DNA of 64,000 nucleotides from Longimicrobiales bacterium (GTDB taxonomy: Bacteria; Gemmatimonadota; Gemmatimonadetes; Longimicrobiales; Gaopeijiaceae), in the NCBI GenBank assembly GCA_965238005.1, contig OZ250165.1, positions 4,384,001 to 4,448,000 on the forward strand, in the 5' to 3' direction. The position numbers and the translations under genes are program-made. Of this stretch, positions 49,335 through 58,687 are shown one piece after another. Numbering within the stretch: the stretch's first letter is position 1; each line of letters begins with the position of its first letter. The notes beneath the pieces were generated by a model. The model was not told the DNA's origin. It did not search any database and was given only the letters and a program-made list of their open reading frames with translations.

Positions 49335-50708
49335 ATGGAGTTCACCGCCGAAGACCTGTGGTCAAAGGTCCTCGAGGCAGCCCGAGGCCGCCTTCAGGAG
49401 CAGACCTATCGTACCTGGCTGGCAGGTACGGCGGCGGTGGGACTCACCGACTCGGAGCTCTTGGTGGAGGCACCGAGCCAGTTCCACGTGGAGTGGGTGG
49501 AGGACAAGTACGGGCCCCTCCTGGGGGACATGATCGAGCAGATCCTGGGGCGTCCACTCCGGCTCAAGCTCCAGTGTGGAGACGCAGCCGCCCCGCTCTC
49601 GGTCCCGACCGTCGAGGTGGCCGCCCCCGACGTGGCTCGGTCCGCACCGGCGGCCGAAGCCTCCACTCCCCGGCCGTCCCTGAACGAGCGGTACACCTTC
49701 GACCGGTTCGTGGTGGGGGACAACGCCCAACTGGCAACAGCGGCCTGCAACGCCGTGGCCGAGAAGCCGGCACGGATGTACAACCCGCTCTTCCTCTACG
49801 GCGGCGTGGGCCTGGGTAAGACCCATCTCATGCACGCCATCGGAAACGTCATTCGCGAGACGATGCCCTCGAGCCGGATCGCCTACCTTCCGACGGAGCA
49901 GTTCACCAACGACCTCGTGACTGCCATCCAGCAGGGGACCACCCCCGAATTTCGACGGCGGTACCGTCAGATAGACCTGTTGCTCGTGGACGACATCCAG
50001 TTTCTGCAGGGGAAGGAGCGAACCCAGGAGGAGTTCTTCCACACGTTCAACGCTCTCTACGACGCACACAAGCAGATCGTTCTCACCAGTGATCGGCCGC
50101 CGAAGGAGCTCCCGGGGCTCGAGGAGCGGCTCATCTCCCGCTTCGAGTGGGGGCTGGTGGCCGACATCAAACAGCCCGACTACGAGACGCGCATCGCCAT
50201 CCTCCGGAAGAAGGCTGCGGACGACGACCTCACGCTCGACCACGACGTCATCGATTTCATCGCCCGCTTTTGCACCTCCTCGGTCCGGGAGCTCGAAGGC
50301 GCGGTGATCAAGCTCCTGGCTTATTCGTCCCTCACCCATCAGGAAATCACGGTCGAGTTGGCGCGAACCGCGCTTCAGGGAACCTTCGGATACGAGCCCG
50401 GTTCGGCGGGGGAGCGGGTGACCTCCGAGCGCATCCGAGAGGTGGTAGCGAAGCACTGGCACGTACGCGATGAGGCCCTGAGCTCGAAGCGCCGGACGAA
50501 AGACTTGACGGTCCCCCGCCAGGTCGCCATGTACCTGATCAGAGATCTCCTCGACGACTCCCTAATACAGATAGGAAAGCTGTTCGGAGGCCGGGATCAC
50601 TCGACCGTAATCCACTCGATTCGTAAGGTAGAGGAGACGATGGCGGGCGATCCCTCGTTTCGAAGAAGCATTCAAGCCGTGCGGGACGAGTTGATGAAAC
50701 CGGTCTGA
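49335..50708 (+). CDS. dnaA: Chromosomal replication initiator
   Basis: YTFDRFVVG, YNPLFLYGGVGLGKTHL, DDIQFL, EEFFHTFN, SRFEWG, RELEGA, GGRDHSTV. Confidence 0.97.
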   Translation: MEFTAEDLWSKVLEAARGRLQEQTYRTWLAGTAAVGLTDSELLVEAPSQFHVEWVEDKYGPLLGDMIEQILGRPLRLKLQCGDAAAPLSVPTVEVAAPDVARSAPAAEASTPRPSLNERYTFDRFVVGDNAQLATAACNAVAEKPARMYNPLFLYGGVGLGKTHLMHAIGNVIRETMPSSRIAYLPTEQFTNDLVTAIQQGTTPEFRRRYRQIDLLLVDDIQFLQGKERTQEEFFHTFNALYDAHKQIVLTSDRPPKELPGLEERLISRFEWGLVADIKQPDYETRIAILRKKAADDDLTLDHDVIDFIARFCTSSVRELEGAVIKLLAYSSLTHQEITVELARTALQGTFGYEPGSAGERVTSERIREVVAKHWHVRDEALSSKRRTKDLTVPRQVAMYLIRDLLDDSLIQIGKLFGGRDHSTVIHSIRKVEETMAGDPSFRRSIQAVRDELMKPV

Positions 50709-50956
50709 TGGGCCTGGATAGACGTGTGGAAGACGGCTAGGTTTTCTCCGAGTTTTCTACGGGAGGAAGAGGCCGCAGAAATTGTTCACGCTTTCCACAA
50801 TGATGTGGCACAGTGGAAGCTCCTGCAGGGGCAGGGCGAAATCCCGGTCCTCCACACTTCCACACTCTCTACTACTACTAGTTTTTTCTTATAGTGTAAT
50901 CTTTAATAAATAGCCACTGTGAAAAACCCGGGCTCAACAGACGCCGTGGAGGCTCG
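50709..50956. other. oriC: Replication origin oriC
   Basis: dnaA-dnaN intergenic; boxes at 50725, 50791, 50848, 50856, 50918; (CTA)4 trios at 50869-50880; AT-rich 50882-50912. Confidence 0.85.
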
Positions 50957-52081
50957 ATGAACTGCACCATCACTCGGCAGAACCTTCACAAGGGCCTCGC
51001 CGCCGTTTCGGCGAGCATTCCTACGAAGACGACTCTCCCGGTTCTTTCCAACATCTTGTTGGAGGCAGGACAAGACGGGGTGTGGATGAGCGGCACGGAC
51101 CTCGACGTTGCGGTGCGTGTATGGGTGCTCGCCGAGGTCAAGGAGCAGGGCAGCCTGACGGCTCCTGGAAAGAAGCTACAGGAGATCGCCCGCGAGCTCC
51201 CCGATCAACCGGTCGAGGTGACGACGACGGCTGATCAGATCGAGCTCAAGTGTGGACCAAGCCACTTCAAGTTGAACGGGCTGCCCAGCGACGAGTTTCC
51301 CACGCTCCCCGAGGTGGACTTCAAAGAGGGGTGGAGGGTCAAGGGTGGCGACCTTCATAGGCTCATCAAGCACACGTCCTTTGCGGTATCCACCGAAGAG
51401 AGCCGCCCCATTCTGAACGGCGTCCTCTGGGAGCTTCGCGAGGGGCACATGCGCATGGTGGCCACGAATGGTCACAGGCTGGCCCGCATGGGGATTCCGG
51501 TTTCCTCCTCCAGCGCCTCCAGCACGCCCAGCGCCGACTTTATCGTGCCACCGGTGGCGCTGCAGCAGGTCCAGCGCCTGTTCGAGCAGGAGGACGATCT
51601 GGAGGTGGCCCGGAGCGGAAACCACCTAGGGTTCAAGGCCGGAGGTACGGAGGTCTACACGCGCCTGATCGAGGGAAGCTATCCGAACTACGAACAGGTC
51701 ATCCCGAAGGATAATGACAAGTTCGCTATCGTCGACAAGAATGCGTTGGCGTCCGCGGTGCGTCGAATGGCGGTGGTCGCGAGCGATCAGACCCATCGCA
51801 TCCGGATGATGTTCGAGGCGAACCGGGTCCACCTGAATGTCCTCACTCCCGATCTCGGAGAGGGAGAAGACGAGCTCGAGCTCAGCTACGAAGGAGAAGG
51901 CCTGGAGATCGGGTTCAACGCCGCGTATCTGCTCGAAGTGCTCCGTCACATGGAGACCGACGACGTAAAGCTCACGTTGAAGGCTCCCGAGCGGGCGGCC
52001 ACCATCGAGCCCGTAATGCCGGATGGGGAAGACCCGGTAGACTACCTCTGCCTAGTCATGCCTCTCAGGCTGCTCGACTGA
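50957..52081 (+). CDS. dnaN: DNA polymerase III beta clamp
   Basis: TLPVLSNI, GTDLD, SRPILNG, ATNGHRLA, RLIEG.YPNY, IGFN, LVMPLR. Confidence 0.96.
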   Translation: MNCTITRQNLHKGLAAVSASIPTKTTLPVLSNILLEAGQDGVWMSGTDLDVAVRVWVLAEVKEQGSLTAPGKKLQEIARELPDQPVEVTTTADQIELKCGPSHFKLNGLPSDEFPTLPEVDFKEGWRVKGGDLHRLIKHTSFAVSTEESRPILNGVLWELREGHMRMVATNGHRLARMGIPVSSSSASSTPSADFIVPPVALQQVQRLFEQEDDLEVARSGNHLGFKAGGTEVYTRLIEGSYPNYEQVIPKDNDKFAIVDKNALASAVRRMAVVASDQTHRIRMMFEANRVHLNVLTPDLGEGEDELELSYEGEGLEIGFNAAYLLEVLRHMETDDVKLTLKAPERAATIEPVMPDGEDPVDYLCLVMPLRLLD

Positions 52082-52087
52082 AGAACA

Positions 52088-52666
52088 CTACCTGAATGCG
52101 GCTCCAGCGGCGGTCAAGAGCTCGCCTCCGGTGAACGCCGCAACGAGCGGTAGGCCCAGCTCGCCCAACCGCTCCCTGGCGCCCTCCTCGCGATCCACGA
52201 GACAGAGGACACCGGCGATGCTGGCGCGGTGCTCGCGCACCGCCTCGATGGCCTTGAGCGCGCTTCCCCCGCTGGTGAGGGAATCCTCGATGATCACCAC
52301 CCGGGCGTCCTCGGGTAGACCTCCCTCGATCTGCCGTCCCGTCCCGTGCTCCTTGGCCTCTTTCCGGACGGTGAATCCGTCGAGAGCCCGCTCGCGCCCA
52401 CAGCTGTGGTGGGCGATGGCGTAGGTGACCGGATCGGCACCCAGGGTGAGCCCCCCCACGTGGGATACGTCCCAGCCGGCCTCTTCGATGAGGTCGTAAC
52501 AGACCTTTCCCGTGAGGCGCTGGCCCTCCGCGGTCATGGTGGTCTGGCGGGCGTCCACGTAATAGGACGAACGGGCTCCACTCGCGAGGGTAAAATCTCC
52601 AACACGCACGGAGCGCTCCAAAAGAAGAGCCTTGAGTCGCTCCCGTTCATTCGTTTGTTTGCTCAT
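52088..52666 (-). CDS. pyrE: Orotate phosphoribosyltransferase
   Basis: GDFTLASG..S.YYVD, VRKEAKEHG, IEDSLTSGGS. Confidence 0.93.
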   Translation of the reverse strand: MSKQTNERERLKALLLERSVRVGDFTLASGARSSYYVDARQTTMTAEGQRLTGKVCYDLIEEAGWDVSHVGGLTLGADPVTYAIAHHSCGRERALDGFTVRKEAKEHGTGRQIEGGLPEDARVVIIEDSLTSGGSALKAIEAVREHRASIAGVLCLVDREEGARERLGELGLPLVAAFTGGELLTAAGAAFR

Positions 52667-52704
52667 AGTGCGATCGAACCCTCAATGCTCGACTGGTGTT
52701 CCGG

Positions 52705-53679
52705 ATGACCTCGTTTTCCAGATGGGTCGATAGGATCCTCCCTATCGCCGCAGTCCTGTTGGGAGCGTGCGACGGTGGATCGGGTCCCGACCCCGATGCG
52801 CTTCGCTTCGGTCAGCTCGGGCAGATTCGTGTGACCCTGCTGATTCCGTTGGCGGTGGACCAGGGAGAGCTGCAGCAAACCATGATCTGGGAGTCGTCGG
52901 GGGCGTGGGAGCTCACCGAGAGGATCTCGTACCAGCGAGTGTTGGGGGACGAGAACGTGATGCAGAGCCCCGGCGAGCCCTCCGCATATGCCTCCGCTTA
53001 CGCCGGAATGATCACCCAGATCAACCAGACGGAGGGGCTGACGCTCTTTACCGGCGAGCTCGATCCGGATCTGATTCCGACCTGCGGGATCACCCGCACC
53101 ACGGTGATCCTGACGGTCGAGGACGACTCACGGGGCGAGGTCGCGACGTGGGTACGCTGCTCGTCCGGCGACTTCAGCAATCTGACGGCGGCCGGATCCG
53201 GCCCGGACGCGGCGGCCAGCCGGGTCGTACAGGTGGCCATCCTCGCCAGTGAGTTCACGTTGGGCGATGCGTTCGTGTCCCTGTACGCGGGCAGCGTACC
53301 GTTCGCGACGCTGGACCGGGGCGAGGACTCCTTCGCCGAGCTCGGCGCATCGTTCACCTTCACTTCACAGTTTGGATGGCCGGATTTCTGGAGGTCCCAC
53401 GTCGGCCGCCAGGAGGATCCCCCGGAGGTGGACTTCGAGCGCGACATGGTCGTCATCGGGGCCGTGGGCCTTCGCCTCGAGGCGGGGGACAGTGTGGAGG
53501 TGAGACGCATACTCCAGATCGACGGCGGGACGCTCACCGAGGTCGTCGAGAGGGTTCCCGGTGACTTCTGCTCACCCGCTGCACGCCTCCACCTGCCCTT
53601 CCACATCGTGCTGGCGCCGAGGACGGCTCCGCCCATGCTCTTCCCCGAGCCCCGGGTGGAGCGGGTTCCGTGCGGGTAA
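52705..53679 (+). CDS. Lipoprotein with PrcB-like C-terminal domain
   Basis: Lipobox LLGAC; C-terminal P.VDF..DMVV...G....G..V...P.HIV pattern. Confidence 0.65.
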   Translation: MTSFSRWVDRILPIAAVLLGACDGGSGPDPDALRFGQLGQIRVTLLIPLAVDQGELQQTMIWESSGAWELTERISYQRVLGDENVMQSPGEPSAYASAYAGMITQINQTEGLTLFTGELDPDLIPTCGITRTTVILTVEDDSRGEVATWVRCSSGDFSNLTAAGSGPDAAASRVVQVAILASEFTLGDAFVSLYAGSVPFATLDRGEDSFAELGASFTFTSQFGWPDFWRSHVGRQEDPPEVDFERDMVVIGAVGLRLEAGDSVEVRRILQIDGGTLTEVVERVPGDFCSPAARLHLPFHIVLAPRTAPPMLFPEPRVERVPCG

Positions 53680-53738
53680 AGCTCGGCGCCGAACCAGGCC
53701 GACCGGATCGGCGGCGGACCGCCCGCGGCCCGGGAGCG

Positions 53739-55187
53739 ATGTCTCTCCGCCGCCGATTCATCATCGTCCTCGTGACGTTCTCGGTGGTGCTCGCCGTCGT
53801 GGGTGGATGGAGCACGTGGCTCATCGTCCGGGCCGACCTTGAAGCCGAGATGGACGACAAGCTCCGGCAGGTGACGGGAGCGGCCGCGAGGGTAGGATTC
53901 TCCACCTCCGGTCTCGCCGCTCTTCGGCCCGGAGACGAGCAGCTCCGGACGTACACGAGTCAGCAGAGCAAGCTTCAGCAGCTACAGGCCTACGTGGCGG
54001 AGGCCTGGATCATCCGCACGGCCGACTACACCTCCGTGGTATCGACCCGACCCGCGAGTGAGGCGCCCATCGGGTCGCTGACCCGCTTCGAGGCATACGG
54101 AGAGGAGATGGGTGAGGCGGAGCGCCTGAACACGGCGACGACATCGGATCTGTTCTCCGTTGACGGGCAGCCCTACAAGTACGGCTTCATCGGCCTGGGC
54201 ACGCAGAACCCCGGCCTCGTGCTGGCGGTGCGCATGCCGGCCGACTACCTGGTCCCCCTCGCTCTCCTCAGGGACAAGATCCTGTGGGGATCCGTAGTGG
54301 CTACGGCGGCGGCGATCCTCCTGGCCCTCTTCCTGTCCAGGAACGTGGCCCGGCCGCTGGAGCGTCTGAGCCGTGTGGCTCTGCGCATCCAGAGGGGCCG
54401 CTGGGCCGAGCCCGTGGGGGAGGAGATGGGGCGCGAGCTCAGGCAACTGTCGAGAGCCATGGAGCGCATGCGCGTGGGCATCGTGCGCAGGGACGAGCAC
54501 CTGCGACTCATGCTGGCCCAGGTGGCCCACGAGATCCGGAACCCCCTAGGAGGCCTCGAGCTCTTCGCGGCGGCGGTGGCGGACGCCGAGTCTCCCGAGG
54601 AGCGGGATCGCCTCGTTAGGCGGATCCGAAGTGAGGTGCAGGCGCTCAACGTCATCATCCACGACTTCCTGACGTTCGCCAAGCCGCTGAACCCCAACGT
54701 GAGCTTCCACGACGTCTGCGAGCCGGTGCGGGAGGCGGCCGAGCTCGTGGCGCTCGAGACCAGGGACGACTGTCACTTGGAGGTCGACCTTCCTTCGGAG
54801 CCGCTGGTGGCTCACGCCGATCCGAGTCACGTGAAGCAGGTCACGCTGAACCTCCTGCGGAATGCGGCCCAGGCGGGTGACAACGTGAAGCTCAGCTGTG
54901 AGCCGCACCACGGGGAGGTGCGGGTCATCGTGAAGGACGACGGTCCGGGAATCTCGGAGGAGCTCCGGGACCGGATTTTCGAGCCCTTCGTCTCGCACAA
55001 GGAGCAGGGGGCCGGACTGGGGCTGGCCATCGTCCAGAAGTTGGTCGCCGCCAACGGAGGACGCGTGACGCTCTACACCGGAGATGGCTCCGGAGATGGC
55101 GATTCCCTTGGGAGCGGCGCGGAGTTCCGCGTATATTTCAACGGATCGGAGGATCTCCCCATCTCCAGCATGTCTCCGGCCACGTAA
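53739..55187 (+). CDS. HAMP sensor histidine kinase
   Basis: Two TM segments, HAMP, AHEIRNPLG, NLLRNA, DDGPG, G.GLGL. Confidence 0.92.
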   Translation: MSLRRRFIIVLVTFSVVLAVVGGWSTWLIVRADLEAEMDDKLRQVTGAAARVGFSTSGLAALRPGDEQLRTYTSQQSKLQQLQAYVAEAWIIRTADYTSVVSTRPASEAPIGSLTRFEAYGEEMGEAERLNTATTSDLFSVDGQPYKYGFIGLGTQNPGLVLAVRMPADYLVPLALLRDKILWGSVVATAAAILLALFLSRNVARPLERLSRVALRIQRGRWAEPVGEEMGRELRQLSRAMERMRVGIVRRDEHLRLMLAQVAHEIRNPLGGLELFAAAVADAESPEERDRLVRRIRSEVQALNVIIHDFLTFAKPLNPNVSFHDVCEPVREAAELVALETRDDCHLEVDLPSEPLVAHADPSHVKQVTLNLLRNAAQAGDNVKLSCEPHHGEVRVIVKDDGPGISEELRDRIFEPFVSHKEQGAGLGLAIVQKLVAANGGRVTLYTGDGSGDGDSLGSGAEFRVYFNGSEDLPISSMSPAT

Positions 55188-55212
55188 CCCTGACACTTCA
55201 GCCGTCCACGAC

Positions 55213-56610
55213 ATGGCCAGCGTTCTCATCATCGACGATCACGACAGCATCCGGGAAGGGCTCGAGCTCCTTCTCCGGAGGCGAGGTCATCGTACGTCGT
55301 CGGCGGGGGACGGCGAGAGCGGGCTCGAGCTCCTCCAGGAAGAGGGCGCCGACCTGGTCATCACCGACCTGAAGATGGTAAGGATGGACGGCCTCGAGGT
55401 GCTTCAGCAGGTACGTGACATGTCGCCGGACTCGGAGGTCATGGTCATCACGGCCTTCGGCAGCATCGAGGAGGCCGTGGCGGCCATGAAGCAGGGAGCA
55501 ATCGACTTCATCACCAAGCCGTTCTCCTCCGAGGAGTTCGGCGTGAAGGTGGACCGGATTCTGAACGACCGGGCAGAGCGCTTGCGACTCCGCCGGGAGA
55601 ACGAGACCCTCAGGGTCGAGAACGCCTACCTGCGGGAGGAGGCGGAGGCCCGGTACGGCGAGATGGTGGGCGCCTCTCGCCCCATGGAAGAAGTATTCCG
55701 CATGGTCGACCGCGTCGCCCGAAGCGACTCGACGGTCATGATCTACGGGGAGTCGGGAACGGGGAAGGAGCTCGTGGCCCGTGCGGTCCACGCCCGCTCG
55801 CGGCGCGCCGAGGGACCGTTCGTCCGCGTGAACTGCGGCGCTCTGACCGAGAGCCTCCTCGACTCCGAGCTCTTCGGACACGAGAAGGGGGCCTTTACGG
55901 GTGCGGAAAAGCAGCGGCGCGGACGCTTCGAGTTGGCCGACGGCGGAACGCTCTTCTTGGACGAGATCTCCACCATCGCCCAGTCGACCCAGGTGAGGCT
56001 CCTGCGCGTGCTCCAGGAGCGCGAGTTTGAGCGCGTGGGCGGTGAAGAGACCATCAGCGTGGACGTACGCATCATCGTGGCGACCAACGTCCCGGTGGAC
56101 GAGCTCGTCCGATCCCACGGATTCCGCGAAGACCTGTTCTACCGGCTGCACGTGGTGCCTCTGTCGATCCCGCCCCTGCGGGACCGAATGTCCGACGTGC
56201 CTCTGCTGGTCCAGTACTTCATCGAGAAGCTCACCGAGCGGACGCGGTCCGCCGTGCGCTCGGTGAGCATGAACGCCATGGCGAGGCTGTCGGCGTACGA
56301 CTGGCCGGGGAACGTGAGAGAGCTGGAGAACGTGATGGAGCGGGCCCTGGTCCTTGCCGAGGGTGAGATGCTGGAGCCCGACGACATCCCGCTCCCCGAG
56401 AACGATGGCGAGAGCTTCGTGAGGTTCCCCGATGCGGAGCTCCCGGACACGGGCATGGACCTGAACAACCTGGTCGAGACCATGGAGGAGCGGATGCTCC
56501 GCAGGGCTCTCGAGAAGGCGCACGGTGTAAAGGCTGAGGCGGCGCGACTTCTCGGGCTGAAGTCCAGCGCGTTCTACTACAAGTTGGAGAAGTACGGCAT
56601 AGAGGCATGA
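55213..56610 (+). CDS. Sigma-54-dependent (NtrC family) response regulator
   Basis: REC domain, GESGTGKE, GAFTGA, WPGNVREL, Fis-type HTH. Confidence 0.95.
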   Translation: MASVLIIDDHDSIREGLELLLRRRGHRTSSAGDGESGLELLQEEGADLVITDLKMVRMDGLEVLQQVRDMSPDSEVMVITAFGSIEEAVAAMKQGAIDFITKPFSSEEFGVKVDRILNDRAERLRLRRENETLRVENAYLREEAEARYGEMVGASRPMEEVFRMVDRVARSDSTVMIYGESGTGKELVARAVHARSRRAEGPFVRVNCGALTESLLDSELFGHEKGAFTGAEKQRRGRFELADGGTLFLDEISTIAQSTQVRLLRVLQEREFERVGGEETISVDVRIIVATNVPVDELVRSHGFREDLFYRLHVVPLSIPPLRDRMSDVPLLVQYFIEKLTERTRSAVRSVSMNAMARLSAYDWPGNVRELENVMERALVLAEGEMLEPDDIPLPENDGESFVRFPDAELPDTGMDLNNLVETMEERMLRRALEKAHGVKAEAARLLGLKSSAFYYKLEKYGIEA

Positions 56611-57551
56611 CGACCCGGGCTCGGCATCGGACGGAGCACAGGGGGCCGTGGGACAGGCTGACGCTCACGACGGTGGTGGCTCTGTGCGCCGCGATCACCG
56701 CTCCCGGGACCCTCTCGGGGCAGACCCCACCCAATCTGTCGCAGGTTCGCCTCGACTATCAGTCAGCAGTGAGCGAGGCCGAAGCAGCCCGCTTCGCCTT
56801 CGAGGCCCGCGACGGACAGTGGACCGAGGTCATGGACTCCATCGCGGCCGCTCGCGCTCGGGAAGACGAGGCGGGACGTACGCGGTGGTTCGCCCGGGCC
56901 GAGGCGCTGGCCGGCGCCAGGAGCACGGCCGGGGAGCGCTACGAGGAGCGGACCCGGACGGCTCAAGGCGCCGGTGGGCGCCTCGCCGCGGTTCTGGACC
57001 AGGAGATCGAGCGGCTGGTCGCGGCTGCCGACACCGCCAGTCCTCTGACCTTCCGCAAGCTCAACGCCTTCGTGGGTGACCTGGAGCTCGAGCGGGACCA
57101 ACTCGTAAGCGAGAGCAGGGTAACGGTGCAGGCCGTGGCCCTATCCTCCATCACCATCGATCCCATCGACGGCCTCGAGGACATTCTCGCGAAGGCGGAG
57201 CTCCTGGAGCACCGGGCCCGACAGGCCGACGACAACATCGCGGACATCGACGAGCAACTCAGCACTCTGCGGGAGCGGGAACGCTTCAATCGTAGCCGTC
57301 GCGACAACCTCTCGGAGCTGGGCCGATTCGACGACAATCGCCTCCCGATGGGATCTCCCGGCCGTGGCCCGGAGACGGACCCGGTGGTGGGAGTGGCGCC
57401 CGGCGACTCTACGACAGTCCAGCGACTGCGCACACCGGAGTATCAGATCCGCGGGCTCCAGAGCCTCCGCGCAGACCTGGTGAGCTTCCGCGACCAGTTG
57501 AGGGCCCGGGCCGTGAGCTTCCGGGACGTGGCGGGGGTGGACACCCGATGA
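56607..57551 (+). CDS. Secreted coiled-coil hypothetical protein
   Basis: Signal-like N-terminus and heptad-rich helices; ATGA overlaps with both neighbours. Confidence 0.7.
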   Translation: MTTRARHRTEHRGPWDRLTLTTVVALCAAITAPGTLSGQTPPNLSQVRLDYQSAVSEAEAARFAFEARDGQWTEVMDSIAAARAREDEAGRTRWFARAEALAGARSTAGERYEERTRTAQGAGGRLAAVLDQEIERLVAAADTASPLTFRKLNAFVGDLELERDQLVSESRVTVQAVALSSITIDPIDGLEDILAKAELLEHRARQADDNIADIDEQLSTLRERERFNRSRRDNLSELGRFDDNRLPMGSPGRGPETDPVVGVAPGDSTTVQRLRTPEYQIRGLQSLRADLVSFRDQLRARAVSFRDVAGVDTR

Positions 57552-58687
57552 AGATCCGGGCCTTCTTCGTCCTGGGCGCCCTTGGGACCCTTTGTGCGCC
57601 CTTGGTCGGTGTCGCACCTGCCGGCGGCCAGGTGATCCGAGACCTCGTGATCACGGGCGGCGTGGCCGCTGAGGGCTACTCGGGGAACCTCTCGGCGGTG
57701 ACCATCCCAGTGGTGGACAGCGTCAACGACGCGGCGGCGGCGGTGGGGCAGTTCTCCACGCGCCTGGAGATGGACCTGCTGCCCGGACATGAGCGGAGCC
57801 TGTTGGACGTCACCGTGGACGTTGGACTCCGCCAGTTCGCCGCCACGGGATTCAAGATCCGGGATTACGCCCCCAGGGAGTGGGTCGGCAGCATCGACGC
57901 CAACTATTCCCGGGCGCTCCAGGACTGGGGCAGCCTCGTCCTCATGGGAGGCTTCAAGGGGCGTGCGGTCGAGGATCGACCACCGATGCCGCTCTTCCTC
58001 CAGCCCGGCTACGACCAATGGGCCGGAGGTACGCTCGTGCGATACCTGGCCGCTGGAGGGTTGTCGATCGATGTGGGGCTCAACGGCGAGATCGAGAACT
58101 ACCAGGGCGTCGACCCGGTTCCGCAGCTCAACCTCCTGGACCGGCGCGGAGCGTCGGCCGAGCTGCGCGTGAACTGGCTGAGCCGCCGCGACTGGAGACT
58201 CAGGCTCTTCGGGGAGCTCGAGCGCTCGACCTATCCGCAGCAGGGGAGCTTCGATCCCGACGATCCGTTCCGGCGGGATCATACGCTGAAGGTCGGAGCC
58301 GCGTGGACCTACCTCGGCGAGGCCCTTCTCGTCGACCTGGGCGTCGAGGGGACTCGGAATCGATCCAACTCCCGACGGCCGGAGTACGACGCCTTGGCCT
58401 TCCGGACGCAGATCACCTATCCCTTGCCCTGGTCCGTCATCGCCGATGGCTTTCTGGTGGTGACCGGGAAGAGCTACCTGTTCGAGACCGAGTTCGTGCG
58501 GCTGGTGCCTGGTGAGGAGGCCGACAACGCCTCGCAGGCCTATCTGACCCTGAGCCGTCCGGTGGCAGCCAACCTCGACGCCGCCCTCCAGTTCGGATGG
58601 ACGCGCGCGGAGACCGACGTGGGCGACCAGTACTACGAGCGTTACGGCGTCACCGTCCTCTTCCGCTACCGCCCCAACGGGGGCTAG
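57548..58687 (+). CDS. Predicted outer membrane beta-barrel protein
   Basis: Signal peptide, amphipathic beta strands, terminal YGVTVLFRYRP. Confidence 0.65.
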   Translation: MKIRAFFVLGALGTLCAPLVGVAPAGGQVIRDLVITGGVAAEGYSGNLSAVTIPVVDSVNDAAAAVGQFSTRLEMDLLPGHERSLLDVTVDVGLRQFAATGFKIRDYAPREWVGSIDANYSRALQDWGSLVLMGGFKGRAVEDRPPMPLFLQPGYDQWAGGTLVRYLAAGGLSIDVGLNGEIENYQGVDPVPQLNLLDRRGASAELRVNWLSRRDWRLRLFGELERSTYPQQGSFDPDDPFRRDHTLKVGAAWTYLGEALLVDLGVEGTRNRSNSRRPEYDALAFRTQITYPLPWSVIADGFLVVTGKSYLFETEFVRLVPGEEADNASQAYLTLSRPVAANLDAALQFGWTRAETDVGDQYYERYGVTVLFRYRPNGG

